This document shows positions 13,901-27,560 of a stretch of DNA of 64,000 bases, piece after piece; position 1 is the first letter of the stretch; each line of letters starts with the position of its first letter. Origin of the DNA: Utricularia gibba (taxonomy: Eukaryota > Plantae > Magnoliophyta); assembly GCA_002189035.1 (NCBI GenBank), contig CM007991.1, positions 3,286,001 through 3,350,000 of the forward strand, given 5' to 3'. The position numbers and the translations under genes were made by a program. Under the pieces are notes generated by a model. It did not search any database. It had not been told where the DNA came from and saw only the letters and a list, made by a program, of their open reading frames with translations.

Positions 13901-15408
13901 CCAGAGTCTGGGAAAACGCGTGAACGTGTATGGGTTGGAAGCTTATAATATCATGTCATTCTTACCACTGAAATTGAAGTTGGGTGAAACAATTTCACAA
14001 AAATTGTGCCAAAAACCACAGCAGCAAGTGGTCCAGATGCCCGCATAAACCATAATGATCTATAGGATTTCCCCTGGTAGCATGATCAACGACTCATATT
14101 TCATGTCAAAGGTAGATAACTAAAATACGGGAGATAAAACATACAGAATTCACAAAACAGAAAACGGTATCCAACCAGATGTTTCATCAACAGAAGCATT
14201 GTTAATATGATAGAACCCATGACGAAAGCCCGCCATTCAAACTGCACAATGGAGATATATAGGGATAAGAAAAACATCACGGGGAACCGAACAAGGAAGA
14301 GAAAACTTGAGACAATAAATTAAAAGCTACAAATATCTAGTAAACTTCACCTTGATCTTCGTAACACAATGGAACTCAACATTCTTGGAAATCGACGTCA
14401 TTTTCAAATAGTTTTGAAGGTAAAGAACATCCAAAATATGATGACCCGCTCACCTGATATGCGCCTGAAACAATGCTCGTTATAAGAGGGATAATTTTAC
14501 TGCTTCGTTCAATTTTGTAGCCTAGGAAATACTTTGCCTGAGACAAGCTGATGACAATTGCTGCGGCAGTAGTAAACCCAGAAATTACAGAACGACTGAT
14601 GAATCGTATAAGCCATCCAAGCCTGGACGCGGATAAATCAAGGTGAGCCGAGTTTTGTCACTCATGAATTTTTCCATGCATGCCAGGCTCAAGAAAGAGG
14701 GGGAAATCACCTTAAAAGGGCCATGATGCACTCAAAAACGCCAACCATAAACGCCAAAACGATTGCAAGGTCAGTGTACAATTGCTCTGACGAATCAACA
14801 ATGTTACCAAGTACATTGGAAACCAGGAGTGACGTCAATGCAACGGGTCCAATAGCAAGCTGACGAGATGAACCAAAAACAGCATACACAAATACTGGTA
14901 CGAAGCCGGAATCTGCACTTCAGAAAGCGGAGGATGAAAGACAGCGAAAAAGTTCAATTCTGAATTAAAAAAGAATCTTACAAAGCCCATAAATAGGATG
15001 CAGTCCAGCTAACTTGGCGTAAGACATAGACTGATTCAGACAAAAAGAAAAGTAAGGCGCGACAAGATGAACACCTTCTTAACTAAAAGGATGAAACGAA
15101 ATGAGCGAGCATACCTGAGGGACCAACATGACGCCGACGGTGATTCCCGCCATGAGATCAGCGGTCAGATTTTCCCTCCAGCTATAGGTGCTCATCCAAC
15201 GATAGCAGGGAAGAAACAGCTGTATCCACTCCTCCCTGGTCATCCTCTTGGCCTTCGCCTTCCATTCCTCCAAAAAGGAAAAAGATGACGACGGTTCAGG
15301 CGCCGCCTCGGGATGCTGCAACTGAATGACTTTAACGGGGCGACTATACGCCGCCGAGTAGGACGGAAGATCGCCGACGCTGGGCGACGAGTAACGTATC
15401 CCCTCCAT
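10912..15408 (-). CDS. SULTR4: Sulfate transporter group 4 (SLC26 plus STAS), about 17 exons
   Basis: DLMAGITVGVMLVPQ|SMSYAKLAGLHPIYGL, YAVFGSSRQLAIGPVAL, STAS motifs YIDSSAVEALKDLYQEYK and IAISNPNRGVL...FVRVHDAVQVCLQ. The N-terminus MEGIRYSSPS...VKVIQLQHP is typical of SULTR4. Confidence 0.93.
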
Positions 15409-16200
15409 TGACAGGGAGGCAGCACTGAAGCACGCTATCTTGGGATAGCTTATTTTTTCATTTATTATTCCTCATAATTAATAATGACCAGTTTGTTATT
15501 AAAAATGATTCCTGAAAATTCTCTACATATTTAAATGTTGATATAATTAGTTTTAACAATTTAATTAAATTTCATTTTTATAATATATTAAAATAAATAT
15601 TGAAAAAAAGAAAAGATTTTCTCTAGTAATTTTTTAATTAACAATTGACACATCGGAATTCACGGATTTTAATAGTTAATAAATAAAAATATTTTCCAAA
15701 AATTACTATGTCGTCGTCTTCTTCCTCCATCCACGTACACTACACACCGTATACTGCAAGCAGAAACCGAGTATCTATCTACACACGCAGCGAAGAATAA
15801 TGGCTTACGATCTCCTTCGCGGAGAAGACAATTCGTCGGAAGGCTTCTTTCAACCTTCTTCAGAATTCTGACAGCAGGGCGATACAACGCACAGCAGCGG
15901 CGTCTCCCCTTGAAAGATCGATCGACTGAGGGCAGTTTTTCCCCAAAACTGTGGAGCATTGTATATGTACCTGGCAAAGGCATCAAATGCGGAAGCAGCT
16001 CTTGGAGAGAACGCGCCATGGCTTCATCGAGCGGACAGACGCCACATTGACATGCGGATTCTTGTGAACACCAAACAGAGCAAGGATGCGCGCGCAATCG
16101 CAATCCAACAGCATGAATAGATCTGCATCTATTCAAAATCTTGGACGGCTTCGGTTTTACTGAGCATCGTGAGGCAGTGAGGATTCAATACGGAGCTTCT

Positions 16201-19200
16201 TCATTCGTTCGACAGCTGCAGCAATCCTCGCATCTGGAGGTACGGATTCTCCAGTAGCTTCTCATTGTTGCTCTGTCGGGAAAGCAAGCATTTCAGGAAA
16301 ATCCAATTGTATGTTTTGCAGGAAAATGAAGCATGAAAAAAAATGTCGCCAGTTGGGAACGAATCGCTGAAACTACTGTGAAATCAACCGTGTGCTACTC
16401 CGATGGCAGGCTATCTGAGTAGGTTGAAAGACACCAACAACCAGTGTGCAATAGCAGCATAAACCTACTAAAAAGGATGTACCTGCTGAGCTCTGGATAC
16501 AAGATTATGAAGCATGCGTTGGTAACGATCTGGCTCCTCCATCATCATCCTCTGAGAAATGAGAAGTCTGATTATTTTCTTGAATATCAATGATGGTTCA
16601 ATACCAGTGTACGCAAAAAAGATGCTTGCCTTCAGAAGGAAGGTCGAAGAATAATATGCTACTCTTGCATCTGTGTCGTCCAGCAATTCCCTACCATACC
16701 ATTCAGCTTCATTATCAACATGGCTACCTTTTTTTCGACAAAAAGGCTTCATCATCAAAGTTTTAGCAGAAAAATACCTGAAGAACTCTTCTCCACCAAC
16801 CTCTTTGAAAGCACCAGGATCTGCAGTACACTTACCGATTAAAAGTAGCAAGAGTGTGGCCCTTATATCTGAGGTTCCACCAGGAAGGTTTCCCCTTCCC
16901 TTGCTACCAACGGAGACGCCAAGTGCAATATTATCAGTAGCAGCACCAGCCAGTTGAATCAAAGGCCAATAAAACAGTGCAGTAGGGACACGAGCAACCA
17001 GTTGCATGGGAACGACAGCTTGGCCGTGAAGTAGCAAAGCTGCCATGGATGAAGTATTATGAATAGTAAGATGCGATCTTTTTACACGTTTGGCATTGGG
17101 ATCTCCTAAGAAATCATATAGATGAGCGTTTTCCCATGGGAAAATATGCTTCTCTGAATTCATCTTCGTCTCAGAATTACTGGAATCAACTTGCGTCGTT
17201 TTGCCAACTTTCAAGCACAGCTGAGATAGCAGAATATCACACATCTGCAAATGCATTTTGAAATAGGTTGTAAGCGTATCATAACATCAGGTACACATGA
17301 ATACAAACCAATGCATTGGTATAAGGACAACTTGAGTATAAGCTGAGCAGTCGTACTTAGGAAAACAAATGGTGAAGCATCAATTATACTCAGAAAAAAT
17401 GACAAGGAATGGAAGCATAAAAAGAATGCGACACACGTAAAAAATAAATATTCCAAAAACTACCTTTAAAATGTTGACTCTATCGGTTTCATTCATTTGA
17501 GCCATCAAGGACAAGGCACAGCTCATAACATCGATAACCACACTAGCTTTCTCAAGATGATTGCTTTCAGGTGTTTCAGGGGCAACTTGACCACGCGTGA
17601 CTTGCTGTGCTTCATTCTCGTCCAGCAAAAATTTGAATCGCATCAGAAGGCGCTCAAGAACAAGCAGGAAGCCCAGTCTAATTTTGTTATTTCTTGATCT
17701 GAGTAGCCCACACATAAACCAAGCTGCTAGAGGAACATCTAAAGAATCTGAATAATCATTCACACCAGCGTGCGAGATTTTCTGCTCGAGGCTTTTTATG
17801 CTAGACGAGAGACTCATATCTCCACTTCCACTTATTTCAGCAACCAGCAAGTCCCCCAACCACAAGTAGCCATTGTGACGATATGCTTTTCTCTCTGAAT
17901 GAAGAAGTGAATGCAATATGGTCCACGAGATATTTGCATTACTGGAAACATTACTGGGCACTCCAGTTAAGCTTTCAAAAGATTTGAACATTTTCGTGAT
18001 CTGAATCATCCGAGTGAATTCACTGTCTACATGAGTGAACGAGGCTATGAGCATGTCAAATGTTTCTACTATCTTCTCCAATAGCTGCCAGAAAACAAAA
18101 TTATTTGAAAGATGATGAGCAAGCAATACTCTATGGTTCCTTCTCTATGCATGTGTCTGAATCAAAGATATTTATAGATAAAAGTACAATAAAGTAAAGC
18201 AGCACTGACTGCACAGTTCTAAAAGAGAAAGGCTAACTTGGGAGCAAATTGTAAATCTAAAGATCCAAAACGTAGCTTCCATTTGACTTATTCTGAAATC
18301 CATGGCCCAATAATCACAGTGGTTGCAATGTTATCCTTAGCATGAATGGGTTTACCAATCCAGCTTTTAATTGGGTCTAGTACAGTATTATGCACACACA
18401 TGAAAAATTAAGAATAACCAGAGGCTTACCATTAAAAGACGATCATTATCTGGGTAGGTGGAAACTGAACTTGATATAGACCTTCTCAGCAACTCCACAA
18501 TTCCATCAACTCCCAATTTGACGGAAATATATAGTGCTTCAGGAGCATCTGCAAGTAAAAGCAAGGTAGCAATAGGGCGAACCTCATCATCACTATACTC
18601 AGAAACTCCAGTGGCTATACACGTCTCGTTGATTTTATTAATTACATAGTCAAAAAGCACCAGATACAGATTTCTCCTTTCTTCTCTGGAGCTTGAAAGC
18701 ACAAGCTGAAATAAAACAAGTGAGTGTAAAACACGGTGTTACAATGATATAGTACTCTCAGTAAAAAAAATAAAAAATAAAATCACTTAATATAAATCTT
18801 CTAAGCTAATCACCATCCAAGAACTTCTTATATCCATACCTCCGCAAATATGAAGTCAATCCCTCCAATCAGATCAACTTGGGCAACAAGGAACAAGGGA
18901 CTGGACGGAACAACACTGACATGTTCATCTGGCACTTGATAAAACATATAAGTCATCATAGAGATAAGTTTGCAATGAACTATTTCTGCCCAACAATTTC
19001 TTCTACTAATCTGGATAAGTACCTTAATAACCTGGAACAAACATGCAAGACAATAGTGTTATTTTTTTAACAAAAATATTTGCATGCACTACAGTCAATC
19101 ATTCATAGCCACCTCACGAAGAACTTAAACCCCCTAAAAATCTATTGAAAAAATTAAAATCCATAATTCTTAAAGGTTAGATAAATAAAAGAACATCTAC

Positions 19201-22200
19201 AACTATAAGAAAAAGATGTTGAGGAAGCAGCCTAAGATTTTCATAGATGTAGTGTTCACATAGCGTACTCTATCAGCACATTGAAACATAAGTTGATTAA
19301 TTTATGAGATCACATCGTAGGAACACATCCAAACAGAGAACTAGCCACATGTCAGATGTATCATGACTCAAAAATCAGCTGAGATCTTCTAGAACACTTC
19401 AGGGCAGTCAACTAAAATGTTTTCCTTTCATGATATTAAACTTCAATCACACGCATATTTTCTAGATGATGCTAAAGCTAGGATGCTACTCACTCGAATA
19501 TCAAGACCAATTAATCTGCTGTGGCGAATTCTGCCTCTATCACAGACAAAATATAGCAAACAGCTCAGTGAAGAAGCCCAGACGGTGTCTTCCTTCTCGT
19601 CAATCTGTAAAAGAGTCAGATATTATGTAGAAAGATTGTGGTAGATTTTTTAAGGAAATAATAATAATAATCATAATACAGATGGAAAATACTCGAGAGA
19701 ATAAAAATATAAACAACAGAACAAAGAATTTCGCACAACCAGTTGGCCTGATTTTGTTGCACAAACCCATGTACCCTCCAATACAAGCAATCAATATTTT
19801 TCAAGGACATCCTCAAGTTTAAATTTTATAGGTTTATGATCACCCTTCTAAATGCATAAGGCTCATCCCGATTGATTTTGATGCGTTACACTTGGAAAGC
19901 TTATGCAAAACCCAAAAGTCTATGCAGCAGGTTGTCAAAAACTTTCATTATCTGTACCCACCACCACTGATTAGTCATATTTTGAATCATTAGGGAAAAA
20001 ATGCAGAAAAAAAAAAAACATTTGATGCATTTAACTCTTGAATTATAAAATGCATTTACCTGCACAAGATGAAGCAAAATCTCAAAGAGAATGCTCATAA
20101 TCCAAGACTCGAACTTTTCAATAGCAGAATAGAATCTCTCGTTCTCAAGAAAAGCTATCTTGGAGTGTCTGTTTTCAGTGCCTTTTCTATCAGTTTCAAA
20201 GTAGGCATCCTGAGAATATTGTTCATCCAGTGCACCAGAAATATCAGGTGATGGAGGTTCAAGCAAATGCGCATGAACACCAAGATTAATGATCAAATCA
20301 AAAGCTCGTGTCTTTGAGGTCACACTAGGAGAATTTAGCATGTCCTGCAATGACAACGATATTAGAATTGTACTCTCTTTTTATATCATAACAAATGAAC
20401 AACTAAAAGCACCTCTAGCAATGACAAAGCGAGGGGAGCAGCTATCTGAGAATCCAAAACATACCTGCGAAAAAAAAAATTGACAATTATCAGATCCACT
20501 TTTTGTATTTCTATCTTTTCAATCCTGCATCCATTCTCCCAAGCCAGAGCGCAAAGAACATCACCAGAAACAAGAACTTAGACTCTATTTTAGGTTTCAT
20601 TTAATGTATCTGTGAGCCATTCTTATTTATCTTTAAAAGCAACATGCTAACTAACACAAAACCAACACAGAAGATATCATTAAAATCGATAAATTAACTA
20701 AAGTATCTCAACTGCGATGTATACAGAAGTTTTGTCTTTCAAGAAATAAAATTACAGAAATGATGCATTCCATAAGATAAATAAAAAAACAATACATCCA
20801 TGACCAAATCATCACAAATGACTCATGATATTTAAAATCTCATGCAAATGATAGTGAACATAAAAAGGAAAGTTCATCAGACCATACATGTCAATCACAA
20901 GTTTAACAAGAACGCTCACAGCCACATCCATCGTTGGTCTTCCACCATGCCTAAATCCGGAAATAGTTGAATGGCCAAAAGCTGCAGATGATGCCTCAGA
21001 GCAAACAACCGCTATGACCTCACTTACCTCTATAGAATTTAACCGCAACGGTTGTTGTTCACTAGCACAAGACATGACACTGAGAGTAAGCAATCTAACA
21101 AGGCACAGATATGTAGGAGATACAGCAGATTAAATCATTTTATCAATAGGGAAACCAATGGCGAGAAAGTAAACCACATATTTCTGTAGGTCAAAATTTA
21201 ATGCTAAGTTAATTTCATCTAAATCAAAATGACACGTGTACTCTCAACTGAGTTACTTAAAAAGAGATTAAACAATCCTAAGCAGTTGATGCATAATTGA
21301 ACTGAATAACTTGCATTCTTTACCTGTAATGGCGATACTGAAAAAGTGGCCTCACACGTGGGCGAAACGTGTTGACAGCAGAATCATTCCTGAGAATAAA
21401 TGATTGCTATAGTGAGAGGACAGTATCACAATCAGGAAATACAGGAATTTGTATTTGGTTGTTCAAGGATGCAGCAAAAATTTTGCAGGACAAAAGATAA
21501 ACTTATTGTTCACTAACTTTGATCTCACAGAAATGCTGGTAAAAACAATATAAAGTTGAACTTTTGATCAAAAAGGAAGAAAAGAGAATATCATCCCACC
21601 AACGAAGCTGAACAAAGAATAATTTTTGGCCATGCAAATCATCAATTGCCAGAGATGAGTATCATCCTACGTTTTCAGCATTGAGAGACTAGTAAAGTAC
21701 CACATGTGATCAGATCCTGGTTTGGAACGCTTTATTGCTGTTATCGCTCGCAAGTGTGAGAAGGCTGATGTTGAATTGGTGACAGTGGTCAGCAATGAAG
21801 GTTGCAATAGCTGATCAAGAAAAGCAATGTCTGTGCTCCCAAAAAGCTTCCAGGAAGCACCCTTAGCTTTAGTTTCCATGTCTGTGAGGAGTAGAGCGGC
21901 AGCACCAACTTCCAGAAAATTGTGAGAATGCACCTCATGGAGGCTCAGAGTATGATCACTGTAAGAATGCCATAACTGTTGTGAGTATCAGCTGTAAAAA
22001 GAAAAAAAGATAGAATAAGGCAGCAGATTATATAGAAGATGACCCTTTTGGCAAAAGAAGTGATGATTGTTTGTCAGTACACCATCTCCATCTGAAGAAA
22101 TCTAGTGGAAGAAAGTCCAAATTCCCTTCCTCAACATCTTCGGCAATTGTAGAATCAGACACAGATGGAACAGCCATATCCTTACTCTCCAAAGACTCTT

Positions 22201-23882
22201 TTACACTTGGGGGTTTTAATTGATAGCTGAATGATCTACTCAATAAGGATGATAATGCTGGAAGTGATTGTCGAGATGCAGGTGCGGCTCCAGCAAAGGC
22301 AGCTTGGAATGAACGCTTTGGAACATATTGAGAAACTAAAGACCGAATATAATTTAAGGACTTCACAAGTGCTGCAGATGCAAAACTTGGCGCAGTTGAT
22401 GAACTCCCATTAGCTAGCTGTACGTGAATCCCATAGTGCTGGCCAAAAGAACTTGAAGATGGGGTAGAGTTTCTATGTGGGCCAACTCCACACTCTGTGA
22501 TGATGCTTATGCAAAACCGATCTATCTGCAGCAATGTTTCTTCATTGGGCTTATACCTGCAACACAAAATAAGGTCACTGGGGACAGCAGATATTTTTTA
22601 ATTTATTTTTCATTTTCTTTTAATTTTATAATAAGGAGAATGCTACCAAGAATAAAATCACTGAGCACGAAAATAAAAATGAACAGACGTTTTTATGCTG
22701 AGTGAAGCCTAATTGATGCAAGGAACAAACAAAACAGGGTTTCGATGTCACTGTAAATCCAAACACCGTAAACAGTTCAAGAAAAATTAAGACACAACAA
22801 GCTTAAACACTCCAGAGAAAGCAGAAATACTCCAACTTCATCCTGGAAGTTGCACGCTTAGCTTTTCTTTAGTGCATTGTGAAGGAGCGTATGCTCCTTC
22901 AAACTTGCAGGAATTGCTTTGCAACCCCCTGTCCACCCAAAACAGGAACAGTTAGATGACAAGAAAAGATTACCTTAATAGATATCGTTTCAGAAGCGCC
23001 ACACATCTTCCAACGACTGCAGGACTGTTCATCCACAAATATATGTAAGCTAGGATAAAGAACACCCCATCAATAAAAAAGTAGGCTATTTTTTCTAATA
23101 ATGAGGGGTCAACTATATGATAGTCGTATACTAGGGAAAGACAATGATAAGAAAATCAATTTAGAGTTTTCAAAAAAAAAAAGAAAATCAACTCGGAGGA
23201 TGGAGGAAACAAGTACACATTATCTTCGTTTGGCAATTGAAAACATGATGACAGCACCGACGATAATCGAGGTAATTTTTACACAAAAAGAGACAAGTAT
23301 TAGAGTACCTGCGCTCTCTCTCAGCAAGTGTGTGCTCTAAAATCACAGCATATGCCAAGTCAACCGTAGCATGCGAGGCTAGGTAATCCTGCAATGAAAG
23401 AATAGATGCATAGAATGGTAAACCAGCAGTCTGCATCAGATTGTGAAAATGCCCATCGTTGAATGTAATCTACGCAGCAGCGCCAACAATGAAAAAAATT
23501 TTTATATTTCAAATAGCAGCTTGGGATGCATAATTTGATGAAAAAGGAATAATGAGCCACAATGATGCAGGAGCAAGGGCAATTGAAAGAGGTGCAAAAC
23601 AAAACATAAAATAGGCAATGAAAAAAACTTCAGTGAGACTGACGGCCCAAACCAGACAACGAGATCTAACTAGAGTAACAGATAGCAAGACACGCATCAA
23701 ACCCGCAATGTCCTTGACGCGTCCTGCGAAGATGGGACAGCGGCAGACAAACAGTCTGCGACGGCGCGGTGTAGAGGCTCCGGTGGCTTTTTCAAGGAGC
23801 AAGATCTCAGGCGTGAAGGCGTGGGCCCCAATTGCATCCTCGGGATCCTGGGACTTCTCGAAGGGCTGTAGGCCGTGGACAT
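16201..23882 (-). CDS. Large conserved plant protein of unknown function (recalled similarity to Arabidopsis At3g12590), many exons
   Basis: N-terminus MSTAYSPSRSP...SRLRSCSLKKPPEPLHRAVADCL; internal exons YKPNEETLLQIDRFC, KTRAFDLIINLGVHAHLLEP, QVVPMQLVARVPTALFYWPLIQLAGAATDNIALGV; last exon SNNEKLLENPYLQMRGLLQLSNE* with stop at 16201-16203. Confidence 0.85.
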
Positions 23883-24592
23883 CACTTCATAACTCAAAAT
23901 CTCAGTTCTCGAGCAAATGGATTCCTTTGAATCCGATAAAGTAAAAAACGAATCCTGTGAAGGCACTGGCAAGAGCGACAGAGCGAGCTGTTTCCTTCCT
24001 TTCAAGCTGGCGCACACTTCGCTAGATTCGATCTGAAGACAGCGGTTGTAAGTATAGAAGGATCCGAATCCGACATCGACATTGGAATAGAATTCAACGG
24101 CTGCTCCGAAGAACGCGCCAGCAGATGCTGGCAGGGCAGGCTACTGCCTCTTTTACCAAATACACTTAATTGGTGGATCCCAAAATAAATCCCATATTTC
24201 ATTATTTATTCTACTACCAAATACATAATTTATCAAATAATAAAAAACTTTAAATCAGTACTTAAAAATTGTTTGAATCAACTGTTTTAAATTATGAATA
24301 ATTTATATTAGGTATTCAATTCAATTTAAATTATTCTAAAATAGAAAAAATGAATTATAATTTTAGATAATTAATTTATCTATAATTTAATCAAAATTAC
24401 TATTCAACTATAATTTAATTTTGATTTAATATTTTTTTATAAAAAACTATAAAAAAAATTTTTAAAAAAAAATTCGACTGTGTCTGTTTGAATAATTTTA
24501 CCATTAATATGTTGATTTAAAGGGCAATGCTTGGTGTGCCTGGGGCGGCTATCTGATAGGCAGGCAGCGTCAGCAGCAACCGGAGGCCACAA

Positions 24593-25911
24593 ATGGCTGC
24601 TACTTCATCGCTTTCTCTTGGCATCATCACCAGCGACCTCCCCCGCCTCAACGTAAAACTACTCTTTACCTGTTTACGCTCTTAATTTCAGACATGCGCC
24701 TGTTCGTTATCCCAATCCATTCTTCTCCTCCTTCTGGTTGCTCTTTTCTTTACATAAAACAGGGAGTGGAGGTCGGGAATCGGAGGAACCTTGCAAAAAA
24801 TGCTGCAGCTTCGGACGAACCCCAGCGTACGGATCTAATCCTATATTGGAAATGGGATACCAAGTGAATTGTGTCTTCCTTGCTCTAAGTCTTTGTTGGA
24901 TTATGAAGAATCAAGTGCCTGCCTTCCATGCAGCATCTAGTAATTGGAATGGTGCTGGTTTTTGACTGCAGCATCTGCCAATTTCTCCAAGAGGGGGATC
25001 ATTCTCACAGCTGTTGCAGCAGCGCTTTCGGTGGGTTCACTGCCCTCGAGCCGCCCTGCTCTTGCAGAAGGTAAGCACCAGCATGAACAAACCCTGCTTT
25101 CAGTCTGCTGCTGAGGTATGCTTCATTTCCATGTGCAGGAAAGCCGGAGAAGTATGAAGTTTTTGTGGACAAAGTTGATGGATACTCTTACTATTATCCC
25201 TCGGATTGGAGGGTGAGCCCATCTGCTTCTGTGGCCTCGGAATAGTTTTGTTCCTCAAGATTGAACGTCTTGTTGCAGGATTTCGACTTCATAGGCCACG
25301 ATTCAGCCTTCAAAGATAGATACCTGCAGCTTCAGAATGTAAGGTTGAGCTTCATTCCGACGGATAAACATGATATTCATGACCTGGGGCCGATTCAAGA
25401 GGTACAACACACTACATGATGTAGAGCAGAACATGGTACCTTTGTGAGCCAGTAGTGATGAAAATCAAGCTTTAGTTCTGATGTTCAGGTTGTTGAGCAT
25501 CTGCTGAGAAATGTCTTCTCGGCACCAACTCAGGTTCCAACACTGTTGAGCATGGAAGAGGTAACTGGCGTTTACTATTCCTCTGCTTTGAAACATAGAG
25601 TAAAAGATCATGCTAACCTCTAAATGCAGAGAAGCATCGATGGCACAAGCTACTGCACTTTCGAGTATATTCTCACCAATAAGAATTTTTCAAGAGCAGC
25701 TTTTGCAACAATAGCAATAGGAAACGGTAAATGTTTCTTAGTGAGAAATGGCCCAAATCACTCCCAACCTGCTACTGAAGTTTTCCTTTGTTTTGTGCCT
25801 TCGGCAGGAAGATATTACACACTGATTGTCGGGGCCAATGAGAGACGATGGAGTAGAGTTCGAAACCAGTTGAAAGTGGTCGCTGACTCCTTTATGGTTC
25901 TCGATATCTGA
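24593..25911 (+). CDS. PNSL1: Photosynthetic NDH subunit of lumenal location 1 (PsbP-like protein 2)
   Basis: VDKVDGYSYYYPSDWR|DFDFIGHDSAFKDRYLQLQNVRLSFIP and RYYTLIVGANERRWSRVRNQLKVVADSF are diagnostic for PPL2/PNSL1; bipartite transit peptide ending PALA-E. Confidence 0.92.
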
Positions 25912-26164
25912 AATTGAATATACACATGGGTTCTGCACTGCAATCATGTCAAATCTCGCACATCCGATTTTATGTTCATTTTGTTTCCTAACTGGAGATT
26001 CCTTCAGTACACAAATATTCAATATTTCCGTAATGATGTGGAGAAAATGGTTATCAAAATTTTCGCTTACACCTGTTACCTGGGAAAACATTGAAGATAG
26101 AACCAGGAGAGAACTCTGAAAACATCAGGCTTCATTTGCTTTCCGCTTCCACCTGTAGACTCAC

Positions 26165-27039
26165 CTTTTGAATCGATTAAAAAAGGAGGCAGCAGAACAG
26201 GAATGGAGCAAAATACTGTGACCACAGGGCAAGGGGAGTAACTGTGACACTCTTCAAGTATAACTAACAGTTTCAATGAACAAGCAAAATCTGTGCAGTG
26301 GGGCTTCAAACAATAAGATTTAATATCTTACTTGTTCAATCGGTCTTGCCTGTACTGGATTCACAAACTATACATCTGGTACAGGGAGGACGTATAGCTT
26401 GCAACAGATTCACTGTTTCTTGCAGTCTGGGGGTTGTGTTTCGATGCTTTTAGAAGTCTTGCATATTTCTAAGCTGAAATATTAACCGCAAGGTTTGCAT
26501 CTCCATTTGACACAGCATCTTCAGGTTCTGGCATGTAAAGGCTCGAGACAGAAGCCGTAGCAAACATGTGAATGCTACAACACAGCCAACTAGGATTTCC
26601 AAAGTGCATACATAAAATTCACAAGTAGCATGAGAAATGTGACACCAGGAAGAATTGGTAGGATATGATAGCAACTTTCACATGTTATCAGCTGCGACCT
26701 TTAGTTTAGCCCTGAGAAACTCACCTTGTATCAGGAAAAACCTCTCCAGAGGTTTCAAATGCTACTCCATGAACTTTTAACCATTCGATACGTTGCTCCG
26801 ATCCACCTGATTTATTCTCAACGCACGCCACTCGGTGACAGTGTCTTTCGAAATCCTAGGATTTGAGAATGATATGAAATAGGAACTGCTGGACGGTATG
26901 ATCTTCACATACACTTTACAGCTGCATAACGCATTTTCTCAACATGGAGATCAACAAATTGAAAATGCTTGCTAGAATCTTTTATGTGAACCCTGATATT
27001 ATGTCTGACTAGGCTGCATAGACGTGAAGCGTCAGCCAT
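26165..27039 (-). other. Unassigned spliced-looking locus: candidate small ORF (about 86 aa) or gene remnant
   Basis: ATG 27039, exon 27039-26920, 64-nt GT-AG intron, exon 26855-26725 in frame ending in a strong AG|GTGAG donor; further donor-like sites near 26331 and 26164. No homolog recognised. Confidence 0.3.
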
Positions 27040-27512
27040 TATCCGAACACATCACAAATAGAGCTTCCGAATAGATTGTGTTTAAGCACAAATCTCTATG
27101 TCCGAATAGAACAACAGGAAATAAACCAAGTTACCACAGACGAAATAGCAGATTCAGGTTTCTGTTTCTGGCTCATCACCATCACATAACACACCGGATA
27201 CAATCAACCAAGTAGACAACAAAACCAAGAAGGAAAAAAACAATCAAGAATAACAAATAAAGCCCTAATAAGTACTTCCCCACGACATTAACTTAAACAC
27301 TGATTCCACAACCCAATAAACTCGCAGAAACCGTATTTACTCGATGAAAAGAAGACGAAACGTGAGACGAAGCTACAGATTCTGCAGGATGTATGTTGAC
27401 TTGACCGATCAAGATCCAAGAAGAAATCAAACGCAGGACCTGTAAACGGCGAACAACACTCCGGTAGCGGAAAACGGAACAGAGCAAGAAAAGGGTTTCC
27501 ACGGAATGACGG

Positions 27513-27560
27513 TTTGGCGGGATCCAACTTCACTGTTTCCGTATCACAAAAACCGCCAAA
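27513..27560. promoter_or_regulatory. Two E2F-consensus sites (TTTGGCGG) in inverted orientation
   Basis: TTTGGCGG at 27513-27520 (+) and CCGCCAAA at 27553-27560 (TTTGGCGG on -); both fit TTTSSCGS. Confidence 0.45.

Noticed and set aside
26330-26640. Hairpins followed by ACA (CCTGTAC/GTACAGG; ATGCTAC/GTAGCAT) suggesting H/ACA snoRNAs
   Set aside because: No ANANNA H box between hairpins and no rRNA target I could recognise; an Infernal/snoReport scan would settle it.
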